Shown: piece by piece, positions 54,213-64,000 of the stretch
Position numbering within the stretch: position 1 is the stretch's first letter
Layout of the letters: every line of letters starts with the position of its first letter
Source: an uncultured Verrucomicrobia subdivision 3 bacterium
Lineage (GTDB): Bacteria; Verrucomicrobiota; Verrucomicrobiia; Limisphaerales; UBA11358
Reading direction: 5' to 3'
NCBI GenBank assembly: GCA_903875465.1
Contig: CAIQWB010000108.1
Coordinates: 1,725 to 65,724 of the forward strand
DNA: 64,000 bases
Notes under the pieces: generated by a model
What the model saw: the letters and a program-made list of their open reading frames with translations, nothing else
Told to the model about the DNA's origin: nothing
Databases searched by the model: none
Program-made: the position numbers and the translations under genes

Positions 54213-57200
54213 AATGGTTGGTTGGGTTTCAGGGTAAAATAAAACGTTGCGCCCCGGTCCACTTCCGCCTCCGCCCAGATGCGGCCACCGTGGCGATGAA
54301 TAATTCGTTGCACGATGGCCAGGCCCACGCCGGTACCCTCAAATTCCGCCGCCCGGTGCAGCCTTTGAAAGACGCCAAATAATTTATCGGCGTATTGCAT
54401 GCTGAATCCAGCGCCGTTATCCCGCACGAAATAAACGGCTTCGTCACTTTCGAAGCGGCAACCGATCGCGATGCTGGCCGGCGTGCGTCCCTGCGTGTAT
54501 TTTACGGCGTTCGAGAGCAGGTTGATCCAGACCTGTTTCAGCAGTCCCCAATCACCCCGGCAGGGCGGCAGGTCGCCGATGTGCAGGTCCAGCGCACGGC
54601 CTTTCCGCTGGGCCTCCAATTCCTCCCAGGCCGCCGGCACGAGGCGGCCCATCGCCACCGTTTGCCAGTTGATGGACTGGCGATTCAAACGGGAGAAGGC
54701 GAGCAGATCATCGATCAACAGGCCCATGCGCACACCGCCCTTTTGAATGCGTTCCAAGTAGTGCTGGCCGGCGGGGGGCAACCGTTCGCCAAACTCGGCC
54801 AGCACCAGACCCGCAAACCCGTTGACCGCCCGCAGCGGCGCGCGCAAATCATGCGACACTGAGTAAGAGAAAGCCTCCAGTTCCTTGTTCGCGGCTTCCA
54901 ACTGGGTGGTGCGGGCGGCAACGCGCCGTTCCAATTCGGCATTGAGCTGGCGGATTTTTTCCGCAGCCTGCTGGCGGAGGGTGATATCCGTGGTGGAGAC
55001 AAATGCGAGGGTCTCGCCCCCGGACCCGTGGATGAGCCAGCCGGAATGCGCGAGGATCTTTTCCCAACCCTGGTCGCGCCGCCGCACCCGGACGGCCCAA
55101 TCCCGCAGCACTTCCCCGCGCAGCACGCGCTTCATCGCCCAGTCGTCGACCGCCAGCGGTTCATCGTCATTGAGGGGGCGGATTTCCAAGGGGGCGGCCA
55201 GGCCGGAGAGATGGCGCTGCAACTCGTCGAGGTTGGCGCAGCCGAACATGACCAGGGCCGCAGGGTTGCCGTAAATAACCCGACCCTGGGGATCGCCCAT
55301 GACCAGTCCCTCGCCGAGGTTGGCCATCAACGCCGCCAAACGTTCCTGACTTTCGCGCAACGCCGCCGCGCCGCGTTTCAAGGCCGTGATGTCCACGGCC
55401 ACGCCGACCAGCGCCGGTCCATCGAGCCCGGGCAGGGTAAAAGGGATTTTAGTTGTTTGGAAAATGCGCGTTTCGCCGGTGCCAATGGTTAAATGCTCTT
55501 CGGCGACAAATTTCAATTTACCACTGGCCAGCACTTCCCGATCCACGCGCATGCAGGCCTCGGCCTCGGCCGGGTTGGGCAACAGATCCCGGTCGCTGCG
55601 CCCGATCATTTGTGCAGGCGTCAAGCCATTGGCGGCTGCACAGGCTCGATTGACGAAGAGGTGGCGGCTCTGGCCATCCTTGGCGAAAATAAAATGCGGC
55701 ACTAAATCCATCACGGTTTGCAATAAATGCTCGCTTTTCAGGCGCTCCGCCTCCGCGCGTTTGCGTTCCGTAATGTCGAGAATCGTCAGGAGGATGAGGC
55801 TGACTTCACCGGCGCGGTTGCGCACCGGTTTGGCCGTGTAGCTGCCCACCCACGCATGGTGGGTCTGGAGATTGTGCAGATGAGCCTCGTAGTTCTGCAC
55901 ATAATCGCCGGCCACGGCGCGCGACACCGGCCACTCGGCATAGGGCATGGGCCGTCCGTCGGCATAATGCAATTCCCACGCCGCTGCGTAATCCTCGATC
56001 CGGGTGAGCATGTCCCCGACCGAGGCAAAGCCGTGGAAGCGCAGGGCGGCCTGATTCATGGTCATTTCCCCACCCCGGGGATTGAACAGCACAAAACCAA
56101 TGTCCGTGTTCTCCAGTGCCGCCGACAGTTTTTGGCGCTCCAACGCCAGGGCCAGTTCCACGTGCTTCCGCTCCGTGATGTCCTCAAAAATGGTATAGAC
56201 TTCCACCGGACTGACCTCGCCGGGAGGCAACACCGGCACGGCATCAATGCTGATCCAGCGGCGGCACTGCGCCGGTGCGTTCCAAACGCCCATGACGACC
56301 CCACGGACTTTCCGGCTGGTGCGCAAGGCCACCATGGCCGGATGCTCCGGCCCGGGAAAGGGCGAGCCATCCTCGTGAATCGTGTCTTGGCCTTCGAGCA
56401 CCGAGTTGCTGCCCACGAGCTGCTCCCGGGTTTTGCCGAGAATGCGCTCGGCGGCTGGATTCAACGCAACGATGGTGCCATCCGCGGCTTGATGGACAAC
56501 ACCCTGCAACATCGTTTCCACCAGCAGCCGGCGGCGCTCCTCCCCGGCGCGCAGTGCCTCCTCGGCCGTTTTACGGGCAGTGATGTCTTCCGCGAAGATG
56601 ATGATGCCGCCGATGGCACCATCGGCCTGAAACCACGGCCGGATTTCCCAGCGTTTATATTCCCGGGTGCCGTCGGCGCGGAGGTGGACGTCGTTATCGG
56701 ACTTCTCAACCGCACCCGCCAGACAGCGTTGATGAATTTCGGTCCAACTCGCTGGCAGGTCAGGCAGGCAGTCGTAATGACTGCGGCCGATGACGGATTG
56801 GCCGACCAATTGGTGATCCGCCAGCCACCGATGGCTGACCACCATATACTTCATGTCCCGGTCGAGCATCGCGATGGCCGCCGGACTGTATTCCGCATAA
56901 AGGCGCAGTTGTCCCTCCCGTTCCTGCAAGGCCGCCTCCGCCCGCTTGCGTTCGGTAATGTCAAAATTAACTCCCAAAAAGCGGGAGGGCGGGCGCGCCG
57001 GGTTTGCTTCGGGAAACGCAAAGCGGCCGCGCCCAACCAGCCAGCGCACCCGGCCATCCGGAAGCCGGACGCGAAATTCAGCGGCCAGGGCGCCGGTGCG
57101 CAAGGCTTCTGCCCATGCCGTGCGCAGCCCGGTGACATCCTCCGGGTGGACATACCGGAAAAAGGTTTCGGGTCCCGGTGCATCCGCTCCTGGCTGCAGC

Positions 57201-58546
57201 CCCAGCAATTCATACTCCACGCTGTTCCAGTGGGCTTCGCCGGTGGCCAGATTGATTTCGAAGGTGCCCATCCCGCCGGCCTGCAAGGCAAGTTGCAAGC
57301 GCGCCTCGTTTTCTAGCAGCGTGCTTGCGGCCAGGATGCGTTCGTTGATATTGCGGGCGATTTTGGAGACGCCAATAATCTGGCCGGTGGCATCTTTGAT
57401 GGGGGAAACCGTGAGGGATACCTGCTGGGTGCCACCGTTTTTGTGCTGCCGCACGGTGTCAAAATGCCGGACGCTTTCGCCGCGCCGAATCTGGGAGAGG
57501 ATCGCCGCTTCCTCATGCTGACGATCCGGCGGAATAATTCGCAGAATTGGCTGGCCCACCATTTCCGCCGCCAGATAGCCAAATATTTTCTCCGCCCCCG
57601 CATTCCAACTGGTCACGATGCCCGCCAGATTTTTGCCGACGATCGCGTCATCCGAGCTTTCCACAATTGCCGCCAGGCGGGCGGCCTTTTCCTCGCCCAT
57701 TTTACGGTCCGAAATATCGCGTTCCACCGCCACAAAATGCGTAAACCAGCCCTTTTCATCCGCCACTGGGACAATGTCCAGATCGAGCCATAACTCCTCG
57801 CCGCTTTTGGTGTAATTGACCAGTTCCACCCGGATGGGCTGCCACTGGCGCAGGGCCGCGCGGATGCGGTCGAGCTGCCGGCGGTCCGTCCTGGGTCCGT
57901 GGAGCAGGCGCGGAGTCTGCCCCAGTGCCTCCGCGCGGGAATAACCGGTGCGCCGCACGAACGCATCATTAACGTAAAGGATGCGGGGGCCAGGGGCCTC
58001 CTGCGGTTCGGCCTCGGTGATGAGCACGATGTCGTTCAGCCGGTTTAAGCAGGTTTCCAGCAGTTTGAGCCGGGCCTCCCCCCGCCGCCGGGCGGATACT
58101 TCGGCTTCGAGAATTTGGGTCTTTTCCAAGAGTTCGGTCGTGCGTTCTTGAACGCGCGCCTCCAGTTGCGCATTGCTGGCGCGCAGGGCGGCGGCGCTGG
58201 TTTCGGCGCGGCGTTGCGCCCGGTGCATTAAACCGCCCAGCCCGGCGATCCCGCAGCCGGTGAGCAGGTACAGGAGCAAGCCCAAGAGAGCCGTGGAATC
58301 CAGGTTAAAACTCCCCCGGGGCGCGAGCAGGAAATAATCGGCCGCCAGCCCGCCCACGACCACGGCGGTCAATGCCGGAACCAAACCTCCGAGCCAGGCC
58401 ATGAGCATGATGGCCAGGAATAACGTGGCGAACGGAAACTGCCCACCCAGGCAGGGGTCCAACAGGCGCCGGGCGACAATGGCCAGGACGACGCTGGTCA
58501 CCGCGCCACCCAGTCGCAACAGCATGGGCTTCCAGCTAGCCAGCAT
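54209..58546 (-). CDS. giant sensor histidine kinase: DUF4118-like membrane module + coiled coil + eight PAS/PAC repeats + HisKA + HATPase_c
   Basis: 1445 aa. N-terminal KdpD-type TM bundle ([23 protein letters not shown]...[10 protein letters not shown]). Eight segments each end in D(I/V)(T/S)ERK-type PAC motifs. His box [14 protein letters not shown]-boxes DNGAGFS and GTGVGLAIV. Confidence 0.9.
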   Translation of the reverse strand: MLASWKPMLLRLGGAVTSVVLAIVARRLLDPCLGGQFPFATLFLAIMLMAWLGGLVPALTAVVVGGLAADYFLLAPRGSFNLDSTALLGLLLYLLTGCGIAGLGGLMHRAQRRAETSAAALRASNAQLEARVQERTTELLEKTQILEAEVSARRRGEARLKLLETCLNRLNDIVLITEAEPQEAPGPRILYVNDAFVRRTGYSRAEALGQTPRLLHGPRTDRRQLDRIRAALRQWQPIRVELVNYTKSGEELWLDLDIVPVADEKGWFTHFVAVERDISDRKMGEEKAARLAAIVESSDDAIVGKNLAGIVTSWNAGAEKIFGYLAAEMVGQPILRIIPPDRQHEEAAILSQIRRGESVRHFDTVRQHKNGGTQQVSLTVSPIKDATGQIIGVSKIARNINERILAASTLLENEARLQLALQAGGMGTFEINLATGEAHWNSVEYELLGLQPGADAPGPETFFRYVHPEDVTGLRTAWAEALRTGALAAEFRVRLPDGRVRWLVGRGRFAFPEANPARPPSRFLGVNFDITERKRAEAALQEREGQLRLYAEYSPAAIAMLDRDMKYMVVSHRWLADHQLVGQSVIGRSHYDCLPDLPASWTEIHQRCLAGAVEKSDNDVHLRADGTREYKRWEIRPWFQADGAIGGIIIFAEDITARKTAEEALRAGEERRRLLVETMLQGVVHQAADGTIVALNPAAERILGKTREQLVGSNSVLEGQDTIHEDGSPFPGPEHPAMVALRTSRKVRGVVMGVWNAPAQCRRWISIDAVPVLPPGEVSPVEVYTIFEDITERKHVELALALERQKLSAALENTDIGFVLFNPRGGEMTMNQAALRFHGFASVGDMLTRIEDYAAAWELHYADGRPMPYAEWPVSRAVAGDYVQNYEAHLHNLQTHHAWVGSYTAKPVRNRAGEVSLILLTILDITERKRAEAERLKSEHLLQTVMDLVPHFIFAKDGQSRHLFVNRACAAANGLTPAQMIGRSDRDLLPNPAEAEACMRVDREVLASGKLKFVAEEHLTIGTGETRIFQTTKIPFTLPGLDGPALVGVAVDITALKRGAAALRESQERLAALMANLGEGLVMGDPQGRVIYGNPAALVMFGCANLDELQRHLSGLAAPLEIRPLNDDEPLAVDDWAMKRVLRGEVLRDWAVRVRRRDQGWEKILAHSGWLIHGSGGETLAFVSTTDITLRQQAAEKIRQLNAELERRVAARTTQLEAANKELEAFSYSVSHDLRAPLRAVNGFAGLVLAEFGERLPPAGQHYLERIQKGGVRMGLLIDDLLAFSRLNRQSINWQTVAMGRLVPAAWEELEAQRKGRALDLHIGDLPPCRGDWGLLKQVWINLLSNAVKYTQGRTPASIAIGCRFESDEAVYFVRDNGAGFSMQYADKLFGVFQRLHRAAEFEGTGVGLAIVQRIIHRHGGRIWAEAEVDRGATFYFTLKPNQPL

Positions 58547-58613
58547 GCCGGGGCTCCTTGAGTTGGCTTGGTTTGTCCATGAACCAGTTGAGGGCCGCCG
58601 GCATGGTGGGCAT

Positions 58614-59363
58614 TTAGACGCGCGCCGCCGCCGCCAGTGGGGTGGCCGGTGGTTTCAGCAGCACCCAATTGAGATTGAGTTTCTTCATGGCCGGGGCAAA
58701 CACATTCCAAGTCAAGGGTTTGGTGATGTAGGTCACGGCCCCGAGCCGGCGGCATTCGGCGATGTCCTTGTGCTGGCTGGATCCCGTGAGCACGACAACG
58801 GGCAAGCTGGCGGTTTTAGGATCCGCTTTGATACGCCGCAAGACTTCGAGCCCGCTCAATTTAGGCAGGCTTAAATCCAATAAAACAACTTGGGTTGCGG
58901 GCTCCGTAGAACGCCCCGCATATTTGCCCCGGCCAAAGAGGTAGTCCAGGGCCTCCGGGCCATCGGACACCACATGGATGCGATTCTCGAAGCGGGCGAG
59001 TTGGAAGGATTTCAAGGTCAATTCCACGTCATCCACGTCATCCTCCACCAGCAAGATATCCACAAAATTACTTTGCAAACTTTCCAGGTGGACTCCTTTG
59101 GCTTTCCAATGCTCCAGGTCCACGGGGAACAAGGCCGCTATCGTGACTTCCAAAGCATGGGCCAGCCGGATGATGGTTTTTAGCGAGGGATTGCGCGCCC
59201 CGCGTTCCAAGTCAGAAATGTAGGTGCGATGCAACTCGGCCCGCTCGGCCAGAGTTTCCTGGGAAATGCCCAATAAATTCCGCGAGACTTTGACCGATGT
59301 CCCAAACAATTTTTGCGAGTCAATTATTTTCATGGTGCCAAATTCGGCACGCCAAGTGGGCAT
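58614..59363 (-). CDS. XRE-family HTH fused N-terminally to a CheY/Rcp1-like receiver domain
   Basis: HTH: LLGISQETLAERAELHRTYISDLERGARNPSLKTIIRLAHAL. REC: ILLVEDDVDDVEL...VVLLDLSLPKLSG...YITKP. An alternative start at MKIIDSQ (59333) is possible. Confidence 0.8.
   Translation of the reverse strand: MPTWRAEFGTMKIIDSQKLFGTSVKVSRNLLGISQETLAERAELHRTYISDLERGARNPSLKTIIRLAHALEVTIAALFPVDLEHWKAKGVHLESLQSNFVDILLVEDDVDDVELTLKSFQLARFENRIHVVSDGPEALDYLFGRGKYAGRSTEPATQVVLLDLSLPKLSGLEVLRRIKADPKTASLPVVVLTGSSQHKDIAECRRLGAVTYITKPLTWNVFAPAMKKLNLNWVLLKPPATPLAAAARV
59335..59350. promoter_or_regulatory. 16-bp near-palindrome, candidate operator site 1
   Basis: GTGCCAAATTCGGCAC, with perfect GTGCC/GGCAC arms. Lies directly upstream of the ATG at 59333, or within codons 5-10 if the start is 59363. 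Confidence 0.35.
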
Positions 59364-59425
59364 GCTCTTAGATTGAGATATTTATAATCATCATTACCAA
59401 CCCCCGCCACAGACTCCGAGTGACA

Positions 59426-59441
59426 TTGCCTAATTTGGCAC
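59426..59441. promoter_or_regulatory. candidate operator site 2
   Basis: TTGCCTAATTTGGCAC. Its reverse complement GTGCCAAATTAGGCAA matches site 1 at 14/16 positions. The centres are 91 bp apart. Confidence 0.3.
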
Positions 59442-59875
59442 TTGGAGTCGGGGAGTGAATTCGCGACGGCCGGCACCAGGACAGCCGGGTTTGACGGGAT
59501 TTAACGAGGGGATTAAATTGAATGTTTGAAACCTCCCCGGCCATTGATTTCACCAGGCTATGACTCGACGAGTTGGCGATGGATGGGTTGACGACGTTTA
59601 GAAAATAAGATGGGGCTTGTGGCTTTCCATGCATACGCAACTAGACGCCAAAATATGCCAAAGGTTTCATCCGGTATCCGCGTTTTAAAAACCAGCTTAT
59701 GCACTCTAAGCCTGCAGCCAAAACCGCGCGAATTATTTCGGTTTAAATCACCATTGGCGGCCGGAACACGTTTGGCTGCCGCTCCCAGATCCCCGGGAAT
59801 CGCCCATTGTGCCGGAGGAGCAGGGAGGATGGGGGAATGGGCTCTCAATGGCCGCTTCCCGGGGCGTGGCTTGTT

Positions 59876-62800
59876 TTAGCTGTTTCCAGCGGCATTTTTG
59901 CCCGCCTCCCAGGCGAGTGCCAGCACGCGGATTTGGCTTAAATCCAGCTTGCCGGTGCCCAGTAGGGGAAAGGCGGCCACCGCCAGGAAATTCTCGGGAC
60001 GAGGTTTCCAGAGGTTTGGCAGCTCGCTGGCGATCAACTTGTTCCAGAGGCAGGCCAGGGCCGGGGCGGCCTGTCGATGCAGGACGACCAATTTTTCCCC
60101 TTTCTTGGCATCGGGAATCGAGGTGACCACAAAGGTTTGTTCCGTGGCTTCCGCCAGGGTGTGCAGGGCTTCCTCGACCTTGATATGAGGCACCATCTCG
60201 CCGCCAATTTTACTGAACCGGCTGAGGCGGTCGGTGATTTGCAGGAAGCCGTCCGCATCCAGCGCGGCCACATCGCCGGTGATATACCATCCATCGTGCA
60301 GCACGGCGCGGGTGAGGTCCGGCCGGTCGAGATAGCCGAGCATGATATTGGGGCCGCGCACTTTTAAGAGACCGGCCTCGCCCAGGGGCAGGGGCACGTC
60401 GCTGAAAGGCTGGTCCAGCGCCACCACCCGGACGGTCAGGCCGGGCAGGGGATGGCCGATTTTGCCGCGCTTGCCGCCGACTTGATGCAGGCCCGCTGCG
60501 CGAAAGTCATGGGTGCTGACCGTCACGGCCGGGGCACATTCGGTGCAGCCATAAGCTTCCAGCGGCCGGAGGCCAAAGCGTTCCTCAAAGGCCGCAGCCA
60601 CCCGTTCGGACAGTTTTTCCGCCCCGACCGCCACAAGCCGCAGGCTGCCAAATTGCTCCGGAGTGCAGCCGCGCAGGTACAATTGCAGAAAGGTGGGCGT
60701 GGCCAGCAGAAATGTGGCGGCATGTTGCTGCACCAGTGCGCCGATGGATTTGGCATCCATGGGGTTGGGATGGAACACGACCCCGACGCCGAGGGTCGCC
60801 GGCAGCAGCAGGGTGCCGGTGAAACCGAAGGAATGGAAAAACGGCAGCATCCCCAGCACACGGTCCCGGGAACCGAGGGCGAACACCTGTTCCAGCTGGT
60901 CGATATTGGAGCCCAAATTGTAATGCGAGAGCAGCACTCCCTTGGGCTCGCCTGTGCTGCCACTGGAGAAAATCACGGTGCCCAATCCGTCCACCGGATG
61001 GATGGCGGGGTCCTGCGGGGCGGTGCGCAACCCGGCTTCGAGCCAGGGGACGGGCAGCAGCCAGGCCTTCAGCCAGGCGGTGATTTTTTCTCCGGTCCGC
61101 GGCTGGGCCGCCAAATCTTCCAGATAGAACACTTCGCCGGGCACCGTGACATTGATATTCTCCAGAAAAGCGCGGGAGGTAATGACGGTTTTAAGCCCGC
61201 ATTGCTGGACACAGGACGCCAGGCCGGCGGGGGCCAATGTATAATTCAGGTTCACCGGCACCTTGCCAGAGAGCAAGGCGGCCCAGTTCACCAGTGCGCC
61301 CGGCACACTCGGCGGGAGCAGCAAGCCCACCATGGTCTGGCCCTGCCAGACAGGTTTCAGGCGTTGGGCCAGGAACACGGCCCGGTTGAGGGCGCCGCCG
61401 AAGCTCACCTGCGGGGTCCGGGCATCGGCCATGGCGAAACGGAACGGAAACCGGCGGGCGGTCCGGACGATGCGGCGCGGGAGGGTGCGCATCCGCGCGC
61501 GGCGGTGCGACCACGCAGCGGCCACGAGTTCCTGCACGGCCTGGCGGATTTCAAACGCCGTGGACTGGCCGGGCAAGGGGGTGCCCACGCTGACCGTGAC
61601 GGGATGGGGAATGCGCGCGGGCAAACACCAGACAAAACGCCCTTGGAGGAAACTCGAGGGGCTGCCTGCCACACCGTCGAGCGCGAGGGGAATGACCGGG
61701 GCATCGACATTTTTCATGATGCGTTCCAGCCCGCGCCGGAAGGGCAGCAACTGGCCGATCCGGGTGATTTCGCCCTCGGCAAAAATGCACACCAACTCGC
61801 CGTTGCGGAGGGCGTCGCTGGCGGTGTGCAAGGCCTGGATCAGTTCCTTGGGCCGTTGCTCGGAAGCAATGGGGATGACCCGCAAAATTGTGGCAAAGGG
61901 CTTGATCCAGGGTTTCTTGTAATGCTCCTGGTAGAGCAGGAACCGCACGGGCCGGTCAATGGCGGCGATCAGGAGCAGACCGTCCATCCACGAAACGTGA
62001 TTGCAAACCAGGAGCGCACCGCCGCGGGCCGGGATATGGTCGCGGCCATCCACCCGGATGTGATACAGGGAATGGGTCAGGCACCAGAGCCCGAAGCGCA
62101 GCAGGGCATCCGGGAGCAGGATCAGGAGATACAGGGTGGCGGCCAGGGTGGCGAGGGCGAGCACCAGAAAACTGTGCGCGGGGCTGAGTTTGAGGACGGC
62201 GGAGAGCACGGTAAACAGGCCGGAAGCCACGAGCATGCCCACGGCGGATAACAAATTGTTGGCGGCCAGAACCCCGCCCTGGGCTTCCCGCGCCGGACGG
62301 TGTTGCAACAGCGCGGCGATGGGCACGATGAAAAAGCCGCCAAAGAAGCCCAGCAGCGATAAATCCAAGGCGGCCTGGGCGTAGCTCAGCCCGGTTTGAG
62401 CCAGGAGAGCCGAGCAAACCGTGAGACCCAACGCCCCGAGCGGGATCAAACCGGTTTCAATTTTACCACCGGACAAACAACCGGCTGCGAAGCTGCCCAG
62501 GCCGATGCCAATGCCGGTGGCACCCTGCAAATAACTTGATTTTACGGGGTCATTGATGCCCAGGGCAGCGGCCGTGTAGCTGATAATGAGCAATTGCACC
62601 AGGGGGGCAAACGTCCAAAAGTATATGTTGCCCAAGGTGGCCAGCCACAGCACGCGGTCCCGGCGAATCAAATTCACCTGCACCAACAGGTCCGCCAGAA
62701 AATTGGGATTAAAGCGGATGGCCGGGTTCGCGGCGGGAATTTTGCTGATGGTCAGGCTGGTCAGCAAACCCGCGCCCGCCAGGGCCAGTAACACCAGTCC

Positions 62801-63346
62801 ACACCAGCCTTGCCGTCCCAGGAAGTGGGCATATAACTGAGGTCCGGCGACGGTCCCGCCAATCACGGCCACAAAGGTGCCCAGTTCCAGGAGGCCATTC
62901 CCCCAGGATAGTTTTTTTTCCGGCAGTAATTCGGGGAGCGAACCATATTTGGAGGGGCCAAAGAGGGCGCTGTGCACGGCCATCAAGAAGACGCAGCCAA
63001 GGGTGACGTACAAATGGCGGGTGGCCAGTCCGCAGGTGGCCAGGAGCATCACGAACATTTCGAACCACTTGATGCCGATGGTGACTGAACGCTTGCTAAA
63101 CCGGTTCGCCAGGAATCCGCCGCTCATGGAAAACAGGATGAAGGGCAGTGAAAACAGCGCGCTCACCAAGCCGGTGAGGGAATCCCGTTCGGCGGCTGGC
63201 AGCCCCAGGCCAGTGATCAGCGAAATGGCGAGCCATTTCAGCACGTTATCACTGAAGGCACCTTGGAATTGAGTGAGGAAGAGCCCCCAAAATCCGCAGG
63301 TGGATTGCGGGGCGGTTGCATGATTGATCGGATTGCCACTATTCAT
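59876..63346 (-). CDS. triple-fusion lysophospholipid recycling protein: MFS transporter (LplT-like) + PlsC-type acyltransferase + acyl-ACP synthetase (Aas-like AMP-binding domain)
   Basis: The N-terminal ~400 aa form a 12-TM MFS module. The acyltransferase carries the HX4D motif (LVCNHVSWMDGLL). The adenylate-forming domain carries VIFSSGSTGEPKGV, YGCTE, GWYITGD and the late GEMVP. Start taken at MNSGNPINH. The ORF track gives 63424. Confidence 0.85.
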   Translation of the reverse strand: MNSGNPINHATAPQSTCGFWGLFLTQFQGAFSDNVLKWLAISLITGLGLPAAERDSLTGLVSALFSLPFILFSMSGGFLANRFSKRSVTIGIKWFEMFVMLLATCGLATRHLYVTLGCVFLMAVHSALFGPSKYGSLPELLPEKKLSWGNGLLELGTFVAVIGGTVAGPQLYAHFLGRQGWCGLVLLALAGAGLLTSLTISKIPAANPAIRFNPNFLADLLVQVNLIRRDRVLWLATLGNIYFWTFAPLVQLLIISYTAAALGINDPVKSSYLQGATGIGIGLGSFAAGCLSGGKIETGLIPLGALGLTVCSALLAQTGLSYAQAALDLSLLGFFGGFFIVPIAALLQHRPAREAQGGVLAANNLLSAVGMLVASGLFTVLSAVLKLSPAHSFLVLALATLAATLYLLILLPDALLRFGLWCLTHSLYHIRVDGRDHIPARGGALLVCNHVSWMDGLLLIAAIDRPVRFLLYQEHYKKPWIKPFATILRVIPIASEQRPKELIQALHTASDALRNGELVCIFAEGEITRIGQLLPFRRGLERIMKNVDAPVIPLALDGVAGSPSSFLQGRFVWCLPARIPHPVTVSVGTPLPGQSTAFEIRQAVQELVAAAWSHRRARMRTLPRRIVRTARRFPFRFAMADARTPQVSFGGALNRAVFLAQRLKPVWQGQTMVGLLLPPSVPGALVNWAALLSGKVPVNLNYTLAPAGLASCVQQCGLKTVITSRAFLENINVTVPGEVFYLEDLAAQPRTGEKITAWLKAWLLPVPWLEAGLRTAPQDPAIHPVDGLGTVIFSSGSTGEPKGVLLSHYNLGSNIDQLEQVFALGSRDRVLGMLPFFHSFGFTGTLLLPATLGVGVVFHPNPMDAKSIGALVQQHAATFLLATPTFLQLYLRGCTPEQFGSLRLVAVGAEKLSERVAAAFEERFGLRPLEAYGCTECAPAVTVSTHDFRAAGLHQVGGKRGKIGHPLPGLTVRVVALDQPFSDVPLPLGEAGLLKVRGPNIMLGYLDRPDLTRAVLHDGWYITGDVAALDADGFLQITDRLSRFSKIGGEMVPHIKVEEALHTLAEATEQTFVVTSIPDAKKGEKLVVLHRQAAPALACLWNKLIASELPNLWKPRPENFLAVAAFPLLGTGKLDLSQIRVLALAWEAGKNAAGNS

Positions 63347-63458
63347 GCACCCAGCCTGGCAGCCGTGCGGAAAAAGGGTGAATCGATAAACTTTGGCGCG
63401 ATATCGTCTGTAACGATAGGTCATGGACTGCCCGCCAAGGATAACCAGACCGTCCCGG

Positions 63459-64000
63459 TCAAGCCAGATGCCGGGCCTGCCGCTTGGGGAGGGAGGCGGT
63501 TGGTCGCGACGAGCGTGGCGGGCCGGCCGGGAGAAAATCTTTCATGAACCCCGGTTTGTCGAATCGCCCGCCATTTTGGTAATCCTGCCAGAGGTTTTCG
63601 GCGGCCAGCCGGGGGTCCAGCTTGAGTTCCGTGGTGAGAAATTCGAACAGCAATTCCATCAGGCGCACCAAGGCAATGCTATCGGTACGTCCGATGCGGG
63701 CATACAGCCAGTCACTCCAGCGCAAGAACCCTGGGAAGGGGGCGGTGCCACGCCAAATCAGCGGTGTGGCGTGGCGGAAATTGCCGCTGTTGCCCACCAA
63801 ATCCCAATATTTGGCAAACCGCCGGAGCCGTTGCATGGTGGGGAAATCAATCAGGCGGTTGCAGAGGATTTCGTAGGGCGGATGCGGGTGCCAGGTCATG
63901 CCCCACTCGGCGTCATGGCGGATGATCGGGGTGCCGCGCAGCCGTTTGAGGATGCCCACCTGGATTTCCTGGGGGTCCAGGGCCACCAACCGGTTGAAGC
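63459..64000 (-). CDS. partial CDS (C-terminal part; N-terminus beyond window end): B12-binding radical SAM protein C-terminal DUF4080-like domain
   Basis: The reading frame is open to position 64000. ...LKRLRGTPIIRHDAEWGMTWHPHPPYEILCNRLIDFPTMQRLRRFAKYWDLVGNSG resembles the DUF4080 tail of B12-binding radical SAM enzymes. Confidence 0.55.
   Translation of the reverse strand, partial: FNRLVALDPQEIQVGILKRLRGTPIIRHDAEWGMTWHPHPPYEILCNRLIDFPTMQRLRRFAKYWDLVGNSGNFRHATPLIWRGTAPFPGFLRWSDWLYARIGRTDSIALVRLMELLFEFLTTELKLDPRLAAENLWQDYQNGGRFDKPGFMKDFLPAGPPRSSRPTASLPKRQARHLA

Noticed and set aside
59449-59592. Possible third copy of the conserved noncoding element: GGAGTGAATTCGCGACGG resembles GGTGAATTACGGTAA, and GATGGGTTGACGAC resembles GATGAGTTGTCAAG.
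   Set aside because: The matches are short and imperfect. The two boxes are in mutually inconsistent orientation compared with copies A and B.

Overview
GC-rich chromosomal window (GC not computed). The gene content suggests a PVC-group bacterium, most likely Verrucomicrobiota; this is inference only. Housekeeping blocks are gltA, sucC/sucD, pgsA, bcp, two tRNA-Thr, pdxJ-acpS, ftsB and gyrB-gyrA. They flank two accessory-like regions.
(1) About 14.4-34.8 kb. A translationally coupled type II secretion (pseudopilus) operon, gspE-F-G-H-I-J-K-L-M-(C/PilP-like)-D, is headed by a secreted Gly/Met-rich protein and a sigma54-type promoter. Downstream lie a PilS-like kinase and an NtrC/PilR-like sigma54 activator. 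These two bracket an oppositely oriented 707-aa secreted protein with a glycine-rich domain and an FG-GAP propeller. ComEC follows. The most unusual feature is the secretin. It is encoded as two separate ORFs, each with its own signal peptide, split inside a Gly-rich loop of a ring-building N domain.
(2) About 51.4-59.4 kb. A minus-strand phosphorelay operon encodes an XRE-HTH::REC fusion, a 1445-aa eight-PAS kinase, a CheY-like REC, and a hybrid kinase broken by a frameshift at a C9 homopolymer.
Other observations:
- A 225-bp MITE-like element with perfect 25-bp terminal inverted repeats.
- Two paralogous noncoding elements that share a conserved sigma70-type promoter box and a conserved distal box.
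- Three tandem CNNM/CorC paralogues.
- A sucCD operon interrupted by three inserted genes.
- An LplT-PlsC-Aas triple fusion.
No CRISPR array, rRNA, transposase or integrase gene was seen. All family assignments come from motif recognition by eye, not from database searches.
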